DNA from: Octopus sinensis
Taxonomy: Eukaryota
Length of the DNA: 64,000 nucleotides
Direction: 5' to 3'
NCBI RefSeq assembly: GCF_006345805.1
Contig: NC_043004.1
Location: 79,298,001-79,362,000 of the forward strand
Each line of letters starts with the position of its first letter. Position 1 is the stretch's first letter. Position numbers and translations under genes: made by a program. The notes beneath the pieces are model-generated. The model saw only the letters and a list, made by a program, of their open reading frames with translations, had not been told where the DNA came from and ran no database searches. This document shows, piece after piece, positions 38,574 through 49,140 of this stretch.

Positions 38574-41538
38574 TCATCGTTTAACGTCCGTTTTCCATGC
38601 TAGCATGGGTTGGACAGTTCAACCAGGGTCTGGGAAGCCAGGAGGATTCACCAGGCTCCAATCTTGATCTGGCAGAGTTTCTACAGCTGGATGACCTTCC
38701 TAATGCCAACCATTCCGTGAGTGTAGTGGGTGCTTTTTACGTGCCACTGGCACGGGTATCACAACTACAATTTCCATTTGATTTTTATTTTGATGTACTT
38801 GACTCAATAGGTCTCCTCAAGCACAGCATAGCATATATATATATTTTTTTTTTTTGCATATATCATCATCATCATCGTTTAACTTCCGCTTTCCATGCTA
38901 GCATGGGTTGGACTATTTTGACTGAGGTCCGGCGAACCAGATGGCTGCACCAGGCTCCAATCTTGATCTGGCAGAGTTTCTGCAGCTGGATGCCCTTCCT
39001 AACGCCAACCACTCCGAGAGTGTGGGTGCTTTTTACGTGCCACTGGTACGGGGGCCAGTCAGGCGGTACTGGAAATGACCTCGCTCGAATCTTTTTACAC
39101 GTGCCACTGGCACAGGTGCCAGTGAAGCGACGTTGGTAATGATCACGCTTGAATGGTACCCTTTTACATGCCATGGGTACGGAAGCCGGATAGCCGCTCT
39201 GGCAACGATCACACTTGGATGGCGCTCTTAATATCCTACTAGCACAGGGCTCGAGTGCCAGTAATGCAACGTTGGTAACGATCACACTCAAATGGTGCCT
39301 TTTAAGTGCCACTGGCACAGAAGCCAGTTAGCCGCTCTGTCAATGATCACACTTGTATGGTGCTCTTTGCACCTCGCTAGCACTCCATAAGTAAGAAACT
39401 TGCTTCTCAGTCACATGGTTTGGGGTTCAGTCTCACTGTGCAACACTGTGCGCCAGTCATCGAATTTGATTTTGATATTTGATTTCACTTGCCTTCACCT
39501 GTTCAGGCAAGTGAAATCAAAAATCAAAATCAAATTCGATGACTGGCGTCCGTGCTAGCAGGGTATATATATATATATACATACACACATTCATTTATTC
39601 CCAAGCCAGCTCTAGACCTGTTTGATCGTATGTTAGAACTTGATCCAAATCGGTGACGCAGTGCTGAACAAGCTTTAAATTGTGCTCAGCTCAGAGATAT
39701 TGATCCTGCTAAAAATCGCACCACCTGAGTATGATGGGTTTTTTCCTTTTTTTTTCTGTTTATACTTATCCCTGCTGTTTCTATTTCCATTCATTGTTGT
39801 TGTACATTGTACTATGTTATTTTATTATAGAAGTTCACCTCCCATTCAAGTATGGTCAATGCCTGGCCTGCCTGACTGGCTCCTGTGCCAGTGGCATTAG
39901 GAAAGGCATCCAACTGTAGAAATATTGCCAGATCAGATTGGAGCCTGGTGCAGCCTTCTGGCTTGCCAGCCCTCAGTCAAACTGTCTAACCCATGCCAGC
40001 ATGGAAAGCAGACGTTAAACGACGACGATGATGATGATGATGATGATGATAAGAGCAGGAGTGGCTCCATAAGTAAGAAGCTTGCTTCTCAGTCACATGG
40101 TTTTGGGTTCAGTCTCACTGTGCGACACTTTGGACAAATGTCTTCTACTACAACTCTGGGATGACCAAAGCCTCCACAGTGGATTTAGTAGGCAGAAACT
40201 GAAAGAAGCCTGTTGGTGTGTGTTACAGTCTCCTTGTTTTGATTTCACATGATAACTGTAAACAAGTGTCATCACACAAACAGTGTCTGTTCCCAATTTT
40301 CTGTGGAAGCATGCCTGGCCATGGGAAAATATTGGTTTCAGATTTTGGCACAACGCCAGCAATTTGAGGTCAATTACATCAGCCCCAGAGTTCAACTAGT
40401 ATTTATTTTTATCAATCCCAAAAGAATGAAAGGCAAAACTGACCTCAGCCATAGGAAAATATTGCCTTGCTTGGAAACAGGTGAGGTTTGGCAATAAGAA
40501 GGGAATTTGGTCAGGGAAAAATCTGCCTCAATAAATTCCATCTGACCCACGAAAGCCTTGAAAAGTGGACAATAAATGATGATGATGTGGTGGTGGTGAT
40601 GTGGTGTATGTAGGTGCACAGGTATGTGTTAGTGTCTTCTCATCTTGATATTGTATGGTAGTTGTAAATGAGCCTCACCATCATATAAGCAGTGTTGTTC
40701 ATTTTCAATCTTCTGTGAAGACATGTTGGGTCAAAGGGAAAGATTACCATAAATGGAAAGAGGTGAAGGTAGGCAACAGGAAGGGCTTCAGTAAATTACA
40801 TCATGCCCGTGTGGGGATGGAAAATGATGAGGAGAATCATCATCTTCGTTTAACATCTGTTTTCTATGCTGACATGGGTTGGACGGTTTCACCGGGAACT
40901 GGCAAGCCAGGTGGCTGCACTAGGCTCCAGTCTGATCTGGCGATGTTTCTACAGCTGGATGCCCTTTCTAACGCCAACCACTCTGAGAGTGTAGTGGGTG
41001 CCTTTTACATGCCACCGGCATGGGAGCCAGTCAACCAGCCACATTCAGATGGTGCTTTTTATGTGCTACCGGTACAGGAGCCAGTCGGGGCAGGTTGCTG
41101 GCATCAACCACATTCGAATGGTGCTTTTTATGTGCCACCAGCATGGGGAGCCAGTCAGGTGGCACTCGCATGAATGGTGCTTATTGCATGCCACCAGTAT
41201 GGAAGCCAGTCAGGCGGCACAGGCATCAGTCACATCTACAATTTCCATTTGATTTGATTGTTCTTGACTCAAAAGGTCCCCTCAAGCATGGCATGTCACC
41301 CAACAATTCAAAGGTACTTTTTAAATGGGCTGGTTATGTGACACTGGTGTAAGCTACAACTTGCTGGGTCTTCTCAATTACAGCAAGTATGATTAAAGAA
41401 ATCCATAATTTGGAATGAATTATTATTGATTTATGACAAATAAAATTCATTCAGGCATATATATACACACATACACACATATACATACGTGTGCATGTGT
41501 GTGTTTTTACATATATAAATTTCATTTCAAGTACTTAC

Positions 41539-41662
41539 TTAAGGGATGATATATCGGTTTGTGTCTACCTTGTAAAACATAGGCCAGCATGTGGGCAGAT
41601 TTGAACGGACATTGGTGAGAAGCATCGTATATCCACCAGGCTCGATGGAACGTTGCCCATTG
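41539..41662 (-). CDS. MRPL13: MRPL13 coding exon 2 (QWATFHRAWWIYDASHQCPFKSAHMLAYVLQGRHKPIYHPL)
   Basis: ttttcag acceptor and gtaagt donor; 124 nt. The peptide matches the uL13m N-terminus (QWATF..W...D...Q.P.K.A......LQG.HKP.YH). Confidence 0.95.
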
Positions 41663-42684
41663 CTGAAAAGAAAACAAAAAAAAGTAAAATAACATAAAAG
41701 AGAGCACTAGGCTTGAAAAGTACTGGGGGTCAATTCTTTCAACAAAATTCTTCAGGGCGGTGCCCCAGCATGGCCACAGTCTAATGATTGAAACAAGACA
41801 AAGATAAAAGATTATAAGAGTGTTATCCATCATATGGCAGCTAAGTCGGTCAGACGCATTCAAGCATGGAAATCTGGATGTTAAAACGATGATGATGGTG
41901 ACATAGATTATATGACAAAAAATTAATTTCTGCTAATCTGTGAAATTAATCTAAGTAATTTATTGTTCATACTAAAGAGTTATCCATCCCTTTACCCCTG
42001 AAAAAAAACAAGGGTAACTTTGGAAGTATACTTTTGCCACCAAGGGTAATATCAGGAAATATGGCCTACATACAGTAATTATAATAACAAAATAGAATAG
42101 TCAAGGTAGTTTTGCAAGAGGCTTGCCACTCAGAAAGTCCTGCAGACCAGGGGTCACCCATGACTGCAGTAGACGACAACGAAGTCCATCGTCACTTGAG
42201 AAAGGGAGATAATCTCAAGCTATAAGATCTCTCCAATGATGACAAACCATTAACCATTTTCTTGCCATTTTAATAGTTTCTTTCCACTGAATTCAACCTG
42301 GCGCCATGGCAGAAGACATCTGCCCTAAGGGCCACACAATGGGATTAAAGCGATTTCTTAAGCATGTAGCCCTGGTTACATCTGTGATCAATGGTAATCC
42401 GGTCATGACTGTCACTGTACAATCCTCTTTTGTCTCTCTGCCATGTCTTAAAACAGCAGACAGAGTGAACTGCTATTTCTAGCAAACAAAATGACTGTGT
42501 AGAGGCCGCCACATGTTTTGATTTTAAACTGAATCAGTATCTCACCTATACTGTACATGTATCAACTACTCAAGTAATTGACCTCCTGCTATTATTCTTA
42601 CGAACAAGACGAACTATATCGGCTTCAGAGAAGAGGGAAATGATGTGGTCTTATACCTTTCCCGGGTATATTAACGAACTAGCA

Positions 42685-42745
42685 TCGATTGGGAATCGAA
42701 ACCGGGTCGGTGAACATGCTCCGAAAGGAGCTTACCATGTAACCA
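42685..42745 (-). other. tRNA-like Pol III A/B-box remnant (possible SINE head) in MRPL13 intron 1
   Basis: The minus strand reads TGGTTACATGG ... GGTTTCGATTCCC. No complete cloverleaf was established. Confidence 0.3.
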
Positions 42746-43497
42746 AATTTTAGGCAACAGTATAGACGAAAATCATATTCGTTATTGTTTATAGTCAAAG
42801 CAATTTTGATAGAATAAAACGGTTATAAAGTGTACCAAACGTAAAAATTCCTTCAGTTTTCAAACATAGGTAGAAATATATTATCAAACGTGTTCTTTCT
42901 GCAGAAGAATGTAATTTTCGGGGAGATTTTCTTATATTTTTAACAAGGAGATCGACAACGTTGTTGGCTCGTGAAAAAAATCATTTATAATTTACACGTG
43001 AAATATTTAAAAGAAATTATATATTATTTATTCATAATAAGTTAATTATTTCAAAGAAATGATATATATATATATATGGCAATTAAAAGGGTTTTAATCC
43101 CTTGCTGATGCGGGAGAAATATCAATGTCACCAGAAGGACGATTCGTTTGTTAGAGAAAGTGAGAATAAACAAGAAGAGAATGAGGTTTATCATATTTCA
43201 GCTTCCACAACCACATAATATATGTATGTGTGTGTGTATATATATATACATATATATATATATATACACACACACAAACATTTTAAAAATAATTTTGTGT
43301 GAACATTTTCAAATCGCTCGTGTCGTAAACACAAGACTGAACATTTAACTTTAACGCTTTATAATCATTTTTAGTCGAGTTTTCCAAAAGTACAAATATT
43401 GTACACACATAAATAAGTGTAGTTTCCAAAAATATTTCTAATTTTATAGCTTTAACCATTATTACAGTAATAAATAATAAGAAAAAGAAAACCTTAC

Positions 43498-43527
43498 CAA
43501 GACTCGATTCATCGCTGACGGAGACAT
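43498..43527 (-). CDS. MRPL13: MRPL13 coding exon 1 (MSPSAMNRVL)
   Basis: The minus strand reads cacc-ATG TCT CCG TCA GCG ATG AAT CGA GTC TTG followed by a gtaagg donor. It is phase 0 and joins in frame to exon 2 (QWATF), at the same point where human MRPL13 reads MSSFSRAPQ|QWATF. Confidence 0.8.
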
Positions 43528-44149
43528 GGTGCCAGGGGCAGGTAACTCTGAACTTCCTTTGATCAGAAAAGCTGAAAGACCGGAATTCTATCCTCCAAGT
43601 TTTATAAAGTCTCTTCCTCTTATATCACGTGGTAGAAAGGATTTATTGGAGTATCAGTATTCTTTCAGTGTATGGTCACAAAATGAAATTTGAGATGCGA
43701 ACTTTCGGAATACCTGTGCCTAATGCAGACATTAAAAAAAAATTTTTAACTAAACACTTTGAAATTTCGGATACTGGTAGAATGTGTCACGTAGAACAGG
43801 GTTTACTCTTAACGTTTTTGACAAAATTTTGTATTTTAGAAGTTATTTCGTGTTAAAATTGTCGTATTTGGGTAATCTTAACCAATCAATGACGTGTATT
43901 CAGCTGAAGAAAATTACTGCTGCTGTTTGCGAACAACTTCCGGGTCCATTGACAAAACGACGAATCTTCGACAAAAGAAAAATTTAAGCTGAAAATCTTC
44001 CCTAACAAAACCCTTCTTTAATAACCAGAGATGTTTTTAATGGCCAAATTCATGTTTGATTAGTGCCAATACACGAAACTCTCAGCTTTTGACTTACTAA
44101 CTGCTGCCGATGATATATATATATATACATACATATATGTGTAAAAAAA

Positions 44150-44700
44150 AATCTCATCACGCAATCGAATCAATGAAAGAGCCTCGAAACCGTTCTCGAT
44201 CGAGCGTTTGGTCCGATAGGATTGCATCCTGTCCCCGCTTCTGTATGCAGTGTCGCTTGAGCCGATGCTGCGGAGTTAGATGGCTGCAGGGGCTGATCCC
44301 CGTGATCTATGGTATCATGTCTGATGAAGGGCAGCTACCTCGCGTAGAAGACGCCATCAAAAGATACGAAATTAACCAGAAAAAAATCAGTCGGCTTGCA
44401 ACTCGGCACCTGGAAAGGCAAATCACCCCCCCCCCCCAACAGCGTCGTAGGACGTTGGATGGAGTGTCCGGTTAAACTGCTCGGAGTCTGGTTTGGGCCA
44501 GATCTCCTGATGGATAAAGACTGGAGCGAGGTCACAGGCAGGGTGACTGCCCTAACCCAGACCTGGTCTGGAAGGACGTTTTGCTGGGGAGGGTGGAGGT
44601 TGCACAGGTGTTTATAACATCTGTGATAACCTACCGCCTAACCGTCGTGCCTTGCCCCAAGTTGTGGATGATCAAGTTGGAACGGCTCCTATTTCGCTTT
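44150..44700 (+). mobile_element. Tx1-like LINE RT fragment
   Basis: Frameshifted RT motifs: GC.LSP.LY...LEP.LR, KSPPP..VVGRWMECPVKLLGVWFGPDL..DKDWSEV. Confidence 0.7.
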
Positions 44701-45034
44701 TTGTGGAAGTGGGTGAAGCTCTGACACAATGGAAAGAGCTAGGTCTGTCTGTTACGGTTACTGTGGAGTTTAGACATAAACAGAGAGTATGGAACAACCT
44801 GCGTTCAAGCGTCACTTTCAACTCTCTCCTTGATCAATCTGATCAATTCTCAAAGTGTCGCCTACTTTCAGCTAGTGCAAAATTCTCAGGGGACTAAATT
44901 GATGGCTTGTCTGTGGCCATCATTGGAGGTTTACTCAATCTAGATAAACTTCGCACTCGGAGTGGGAACTGACGTCAGTAGGGAACTGAGATGTCGCTGT
45001 AGTAGGCCTCCTCAATCCCACAGGTCTTCATGGC

Positions 45035-45535
45035 TTGTCTTGCCACTTAAATGCTGGTCACACCGAGCTAAACCTAATCATTAAGCGGGCTCTGGCTCGG
45101 ATTAATATCCCTCCAGTTCTGGAGCTGTTGGGGTTATCCAGAAGTAATGGAAAGATGGTCTTCCCCTCTGTCCCTGGGTTACAGGTAGGTGCCTTATTTG
45201 GGACGCCACAGTCTGCGATCACTTTGCTCCCTCCCTCCCACATCCTGGATACTGCAGTTAATGGGAAGGTCACTGCTTCCGTGGCTGAACGGAAGAAAAC
45301 CCTGAGGTATCGAGACCTGACAGTGAACTATCTCTTCCAACCTGTGGCGTTTGAGACGTTCAGAGGTGACTGGGCCACTAATCGCGAAGTTCTTGTCAAT
45401 GTTGGCAGCTCACCTCACCGAGGTGTTAGATGATGTCCATGAGGGCGTTTGGCTTTCCCAACGCCTTAGCCTCACCATCGCCCGTGGTAATGCTGTGAGC
45501 GTGCTGGCTTGCTTCAATGGGTTCCGTTAAACCTT
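45035..45535 (+). mobile_element. 3' end of an RLE-type (CRE/R2-like) non-LTR retrotransposon
   Basis: H.ELNLIIKRALARINIP.VLE..GLSRSNGK...; LDTAVNG...ASVAERKK..RY..L..NYLFQPVAFET.G resembles the restriction-like endonuclease domain. Confidence 0.65.
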
Positions 45536-45734
45536 GTGGTGGATGACCAGTTGCTGTAATTAAAAAAAAATTAAAAAGACACAAATGGTTTCAATACAGT
45601 TGTAGCATAGCGAATAGTTTTAACAGAAAGATTTGCAAGTATTAGATGAAAGTTCTCCGGTAATTTTATTTCATGTAAATAAATGTTTATGATGATTAAA
45701 AATTTACCAGTATTCTAGAAGATATATATGTTTA

Positions 45735-46102
45735 TCTCTCTATATATAAACGGCAAAATGTCTGTGTGTGTGTCCTTTATACAAATCCACAATTTTTCAG
45801 TTGGAGGGCTCACACTTTCTATGCTCATTCAAAACCGTCCAAGGGTGGTCGTGCACATCTTTACATTTCCCCAGTCACCCCGCAAAGCCATCAAAAAATC
45901 AATAGAAGTGACTTTTTTGTGAATTTTCTATCCAAAACTCAATCAAAATGTCCGAAACTTGATACGCCAATTGAATGCCAGCTAGTTGTATGTGATTGGT
46001 CGGAGATTTGGACAGTACTCGCGTGTATGTGCGCACGCACGCACGCAGCTGTATATGCATGCACTAGCACTATGACCCGGCAACGCCGGGTCATAGTGCT
46101 AG
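45735..46102 (+). mobile_element. Non-autonomous Helitron-like element
   Basis: A|TC 5' end; 3' terminal 18-bp hairpin actagcactatgacccgg-caacg-ccgggtcatagtgctagt ending CTAG|T. A second 3' end fragment lies at ~50584-50612. Confidence 0.75.
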
Positions 46103-47023
46103 TATGTTATATATGAAAATAAAAAAGTTTTAAGATTTGACATCAAGAATAACAAGGTAATAGGTTAGTGGTAGGGTTTGCAGTAAATTGCAAAATTTCA
46201 TTGCAACTGTTTGCTTTCATGTTCTTTAATTAAATATTTTCAATATTAAAAGTTTTAAAAAAATAATAATAAATGAAATTGAATAAATGCTCACCAAAAC
46301 TTCTGAATTATTTTATACCTACATGTTTTACTACAGAAATATACTTGCATTTTTGTGGTTTGCGGAATCTTTAGAGAGTGGGATAAAATAATTGTGAGTT
46401 CAAATCCGTCCGAAATTAATTAAGAATTTTATTCCTCTTGTACAGATAAGATAAAATACCAGCACGACCAAAATATTTCATGTTATTAATAATAATCAGT
46501 TTTTTAACAGTGAACACTAGAAAAATCTTAAGTGATATTTCTATCATGAAATTTATTAGTAAAATCTTACATTCCATTCCGCGAACATAGCGACTAGTTT
46601 TTTTTAGTCGTGGACATCTCAAAAATAATAATAATGATAAAAAATGGTAGGAGCGGCCTTGAAAAAAAGAAGCAGTGGAGGATCATTGCAGAACAGCCGG
46701 GTAGCTGGGGTGAAGGACGAGGGGTCGGTTTTTCTCTGGCAACATTTTCATGCAGGCGGCATTTTGGGGTCTGATGTATAAACTTATATAAGATTGGGGA
46801 CCTGGGGTAGAGATGTCATGATCAAAGGTTATCCCAAGCAGCTCGGAACACCCGTTCGATCACAAGTCTTTTCGATCAGCTGATCAGGGTCGAAACATAA
46901 ACAACACACACACGCCCACACCCCACACCCCCACCCACGCACACACACACACACACACATGGTCTTGTTTATTAGAATTGTCTCCCTTGTTTGAAACCGG
47001 ATGTTGATTTATTCGATATCAAA

Positions 47024-48361
47024 ATGGACGTCTACGTGGCAAATTTAAAAACATGCGGTGCCTTTGTCTCTCTATTATTTTTATATTTAATTCCCACTTA
47101 CTGCCATGATAACCTTGATGACATGGCCTACCAGGTACCTGGGGCGCAGAATGTAGCGTTTGGGACAGCAAAAAGCAACAGGTATTTATTGTACGATGTA
47201 AATCACGGCGAAGGCTTCAACCTTCGACGAGACGTTTATATGCGAGTGGCTAATTTAGCTAAAAGTCTCAACGCGATCGAACCGTGGGTATTAGTACTGC
47301 CTCCTTGGGGTAACCTTTACCACTGGCAGTCAGAGAATTTGGAAGGAAGACAGATACGTATACCATGGTCGCTGTTTTTTGATGTAGAGAGTCTGTCTTA
47401 TCATGTACCAACGATGGAGTTCGATGACTTTTTGAAAGTGACTGGATCTGAGGGACATATCGATCAGGTTTATTATTTACAGCATTACAAAGAAGGTTGG
47501 ACGGACGGGAATTTTGAAGAGAAAATTGATGAGCGTGAATGTCTGGAGAAAAAACGGTACAATTTGGATGAAAATAATCTTTGGAGAGGCTGGTTTTTTG
47601 GTTACTATGACGACATCCGCGCCAAGCACTTTAAATGTCTGTCTGTTCAAGGCCATGCCGGTATAATGAAGCCTATTTTGTTGAAGAATACTACTTCTAC
47701 ATCTGTCTTGGTGGATCGTGCTGAAAATTTGTTACATGACCTCTACGGCGACAAAGAATATTGGCGTGCTCGGAGAAGCATGGTTTTCTCCAAGGACCTC
47801 CGTTCTATAGGTGACGAATTCCGTGCAGAATTCCTCAATTCTACAGACGCGACTGACAGAACCATTTGGGAATCAGACTGGCGGAAAATGATTCGCAAAG
47901 AGCGAAATGCCTTTGGCGGTCCGTATCTGGGCGTTCACCTACGTCGTAAAGATTATTTACGCGCTCACAGGGACCATGTCCCCACGTTGAAGTTTGCAGC
48001 TAAACAAATAAGAAAACTCTTGAAACAATTCGGATTACAGAAAGTTTTTATTGCATCTGACGATCCAGATGATGTCGAAAAGCTAAGAAAGAAGTTGAAG
48101 AAAAAATACGAAGTTTATAACTTTATACCACCGAAGGATATTTTAGCAAAATACATGGACGGTGGCGTGGCTATTATCGATCAGTGGATCTGTGCCCATG
48201 CCAGGTACTTTATTGGAACACATTTATCAACCTTTTCATTTCGAATCCAAGAAGAAAGGGAAATTTTAGGTTTTAAAACAATTACAACTTTTAATAGGTT
48301 ATGTAAAGAAGAAGAAGGAGCAGAGTGTGAACAGCCTTCGAAATGGACGATCTTATATTAA
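47024..48361 (+). CDS. POFUT2: GDP-fucose protein O-fucosyltransferase 2, single-exon ORF (445 aa from the first ATG; the ORF track starts at an upstream TTG at 46991)
   Basis: Uninterrupted ORF with an N-terminal hydrophobic signal-like segment and POFUT2 motifs RYLLYDVNHGEGFNLRRDVY, WVLVLPPW, ARRSMVF, GGPYLGVHLRRKDY and AIIDQWICAHARYFIGT..STFSFRIQEEREILGF...TTFNRLC. Confidence 0.96.
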   Translation: MDVYVANLKTCGAFVSLLFLYLIPTYCHDNLDDMAYQVPGAQNVAFGTAKSNRYLLYDVNHGEGFNLRRDVYMRVANLAKSLNAIEPWVLVLPPWGNLYHWQSENLEGRQIRIPWSLFFDVESLSYHVPTMEFDDFLKVTGSEGHIDQVYYLQHYKEGWTDGNFEEKIDERECLEKKRYNLDENNLWRGWFFGYYDDIRAKHFKCLSVQGHAGIMKPILLKNTTSTSVLVDRAENLLHDLYGDKEYWRARRSMVFSKDLRSIGDEFRAEFLNSTDATDRTIWESDWRKMIRKERNAFGGPYLGVHLRRKDYLRAHRDHVPTLKFAAKQIRKLLKQFGLQKVFIASDDPDDVEKLRKKLKKKYEVYNFIPPKDILAKYMDGGVAIIDQWICAHARYFIGTHLSTFSFRIQEEREILGFKTITTFNRLCKEEEGAECEQPSKWTILY

Positions 48362-49072
48362 ATATATATAAATATATATAATATATTTATATTATAACCA
48401 ATATTTATATAATTGAAATATTTTATTAATTTATGTACAGTAACAACGAACCCTGTGCTAGCATGTTTTCCGGGTTTTCTTTTGCGCATGAACAAATTTT
48501 TCTTCCATTTTCTATTTTCCCCTACCTCAGATTGTTATAACAAATGCGTTACCTAAGTTATTACAAAAACAGTTTGCATCAACTACAGTGACTGCAATAT
48601 ATTATTAGTACTATGTACTAACAAAAGTAGAAGGTAACCAATTCACCATGAAGCACGTTTTAACTATACCTCTTAGTATACAAAAATTTAGAAAGTCTTT
48701 TCTTTTAAAACAAGTTTTTGTTTTTAATTTTCTAATAATGTGTGAAGAATTTCTCTCTAAAATCTTTCTGAATTGGAATATTTTTATTTTATTCATTATT
48801 GGCATTCTCTTTTCTTTTAGGTGATACACTGAAATATTCTTTTAATATTACCAATATATATATAATAATTTTTTTTCAGAAACATTTTCACTGTATTAGA
48901 ATATAGCATTCTTTTGGTGTATACAGTAATCATGTATTTATTATCTTCAGGTCTTCCTATACATTTGTTGATGTTAATAGAAATATAATTTTTATATTGA
49001 CTTCAAATCTCATATCAATGAGAGAAAATTTTAAAGAAATTCTGGCATTGAAGCATTTTCTAATCGAATAGC

Positions 49073-49140
<68 letters not shown>

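Noticed and set aside
46991-47023. TTG-initiated N-terminal extension of POFUT2 in the ORF track
   Set aside because: A eukaryotic gene is expected to start at the ATG at 47024, which is followed by a signal-peptide-like segment.
48057-48090. CTGACGA...GAAA inside POFUT2
   Set aside because: There is no stem II or stem I pairing, and it is explained by coding sequence (SDDPDDVEK).
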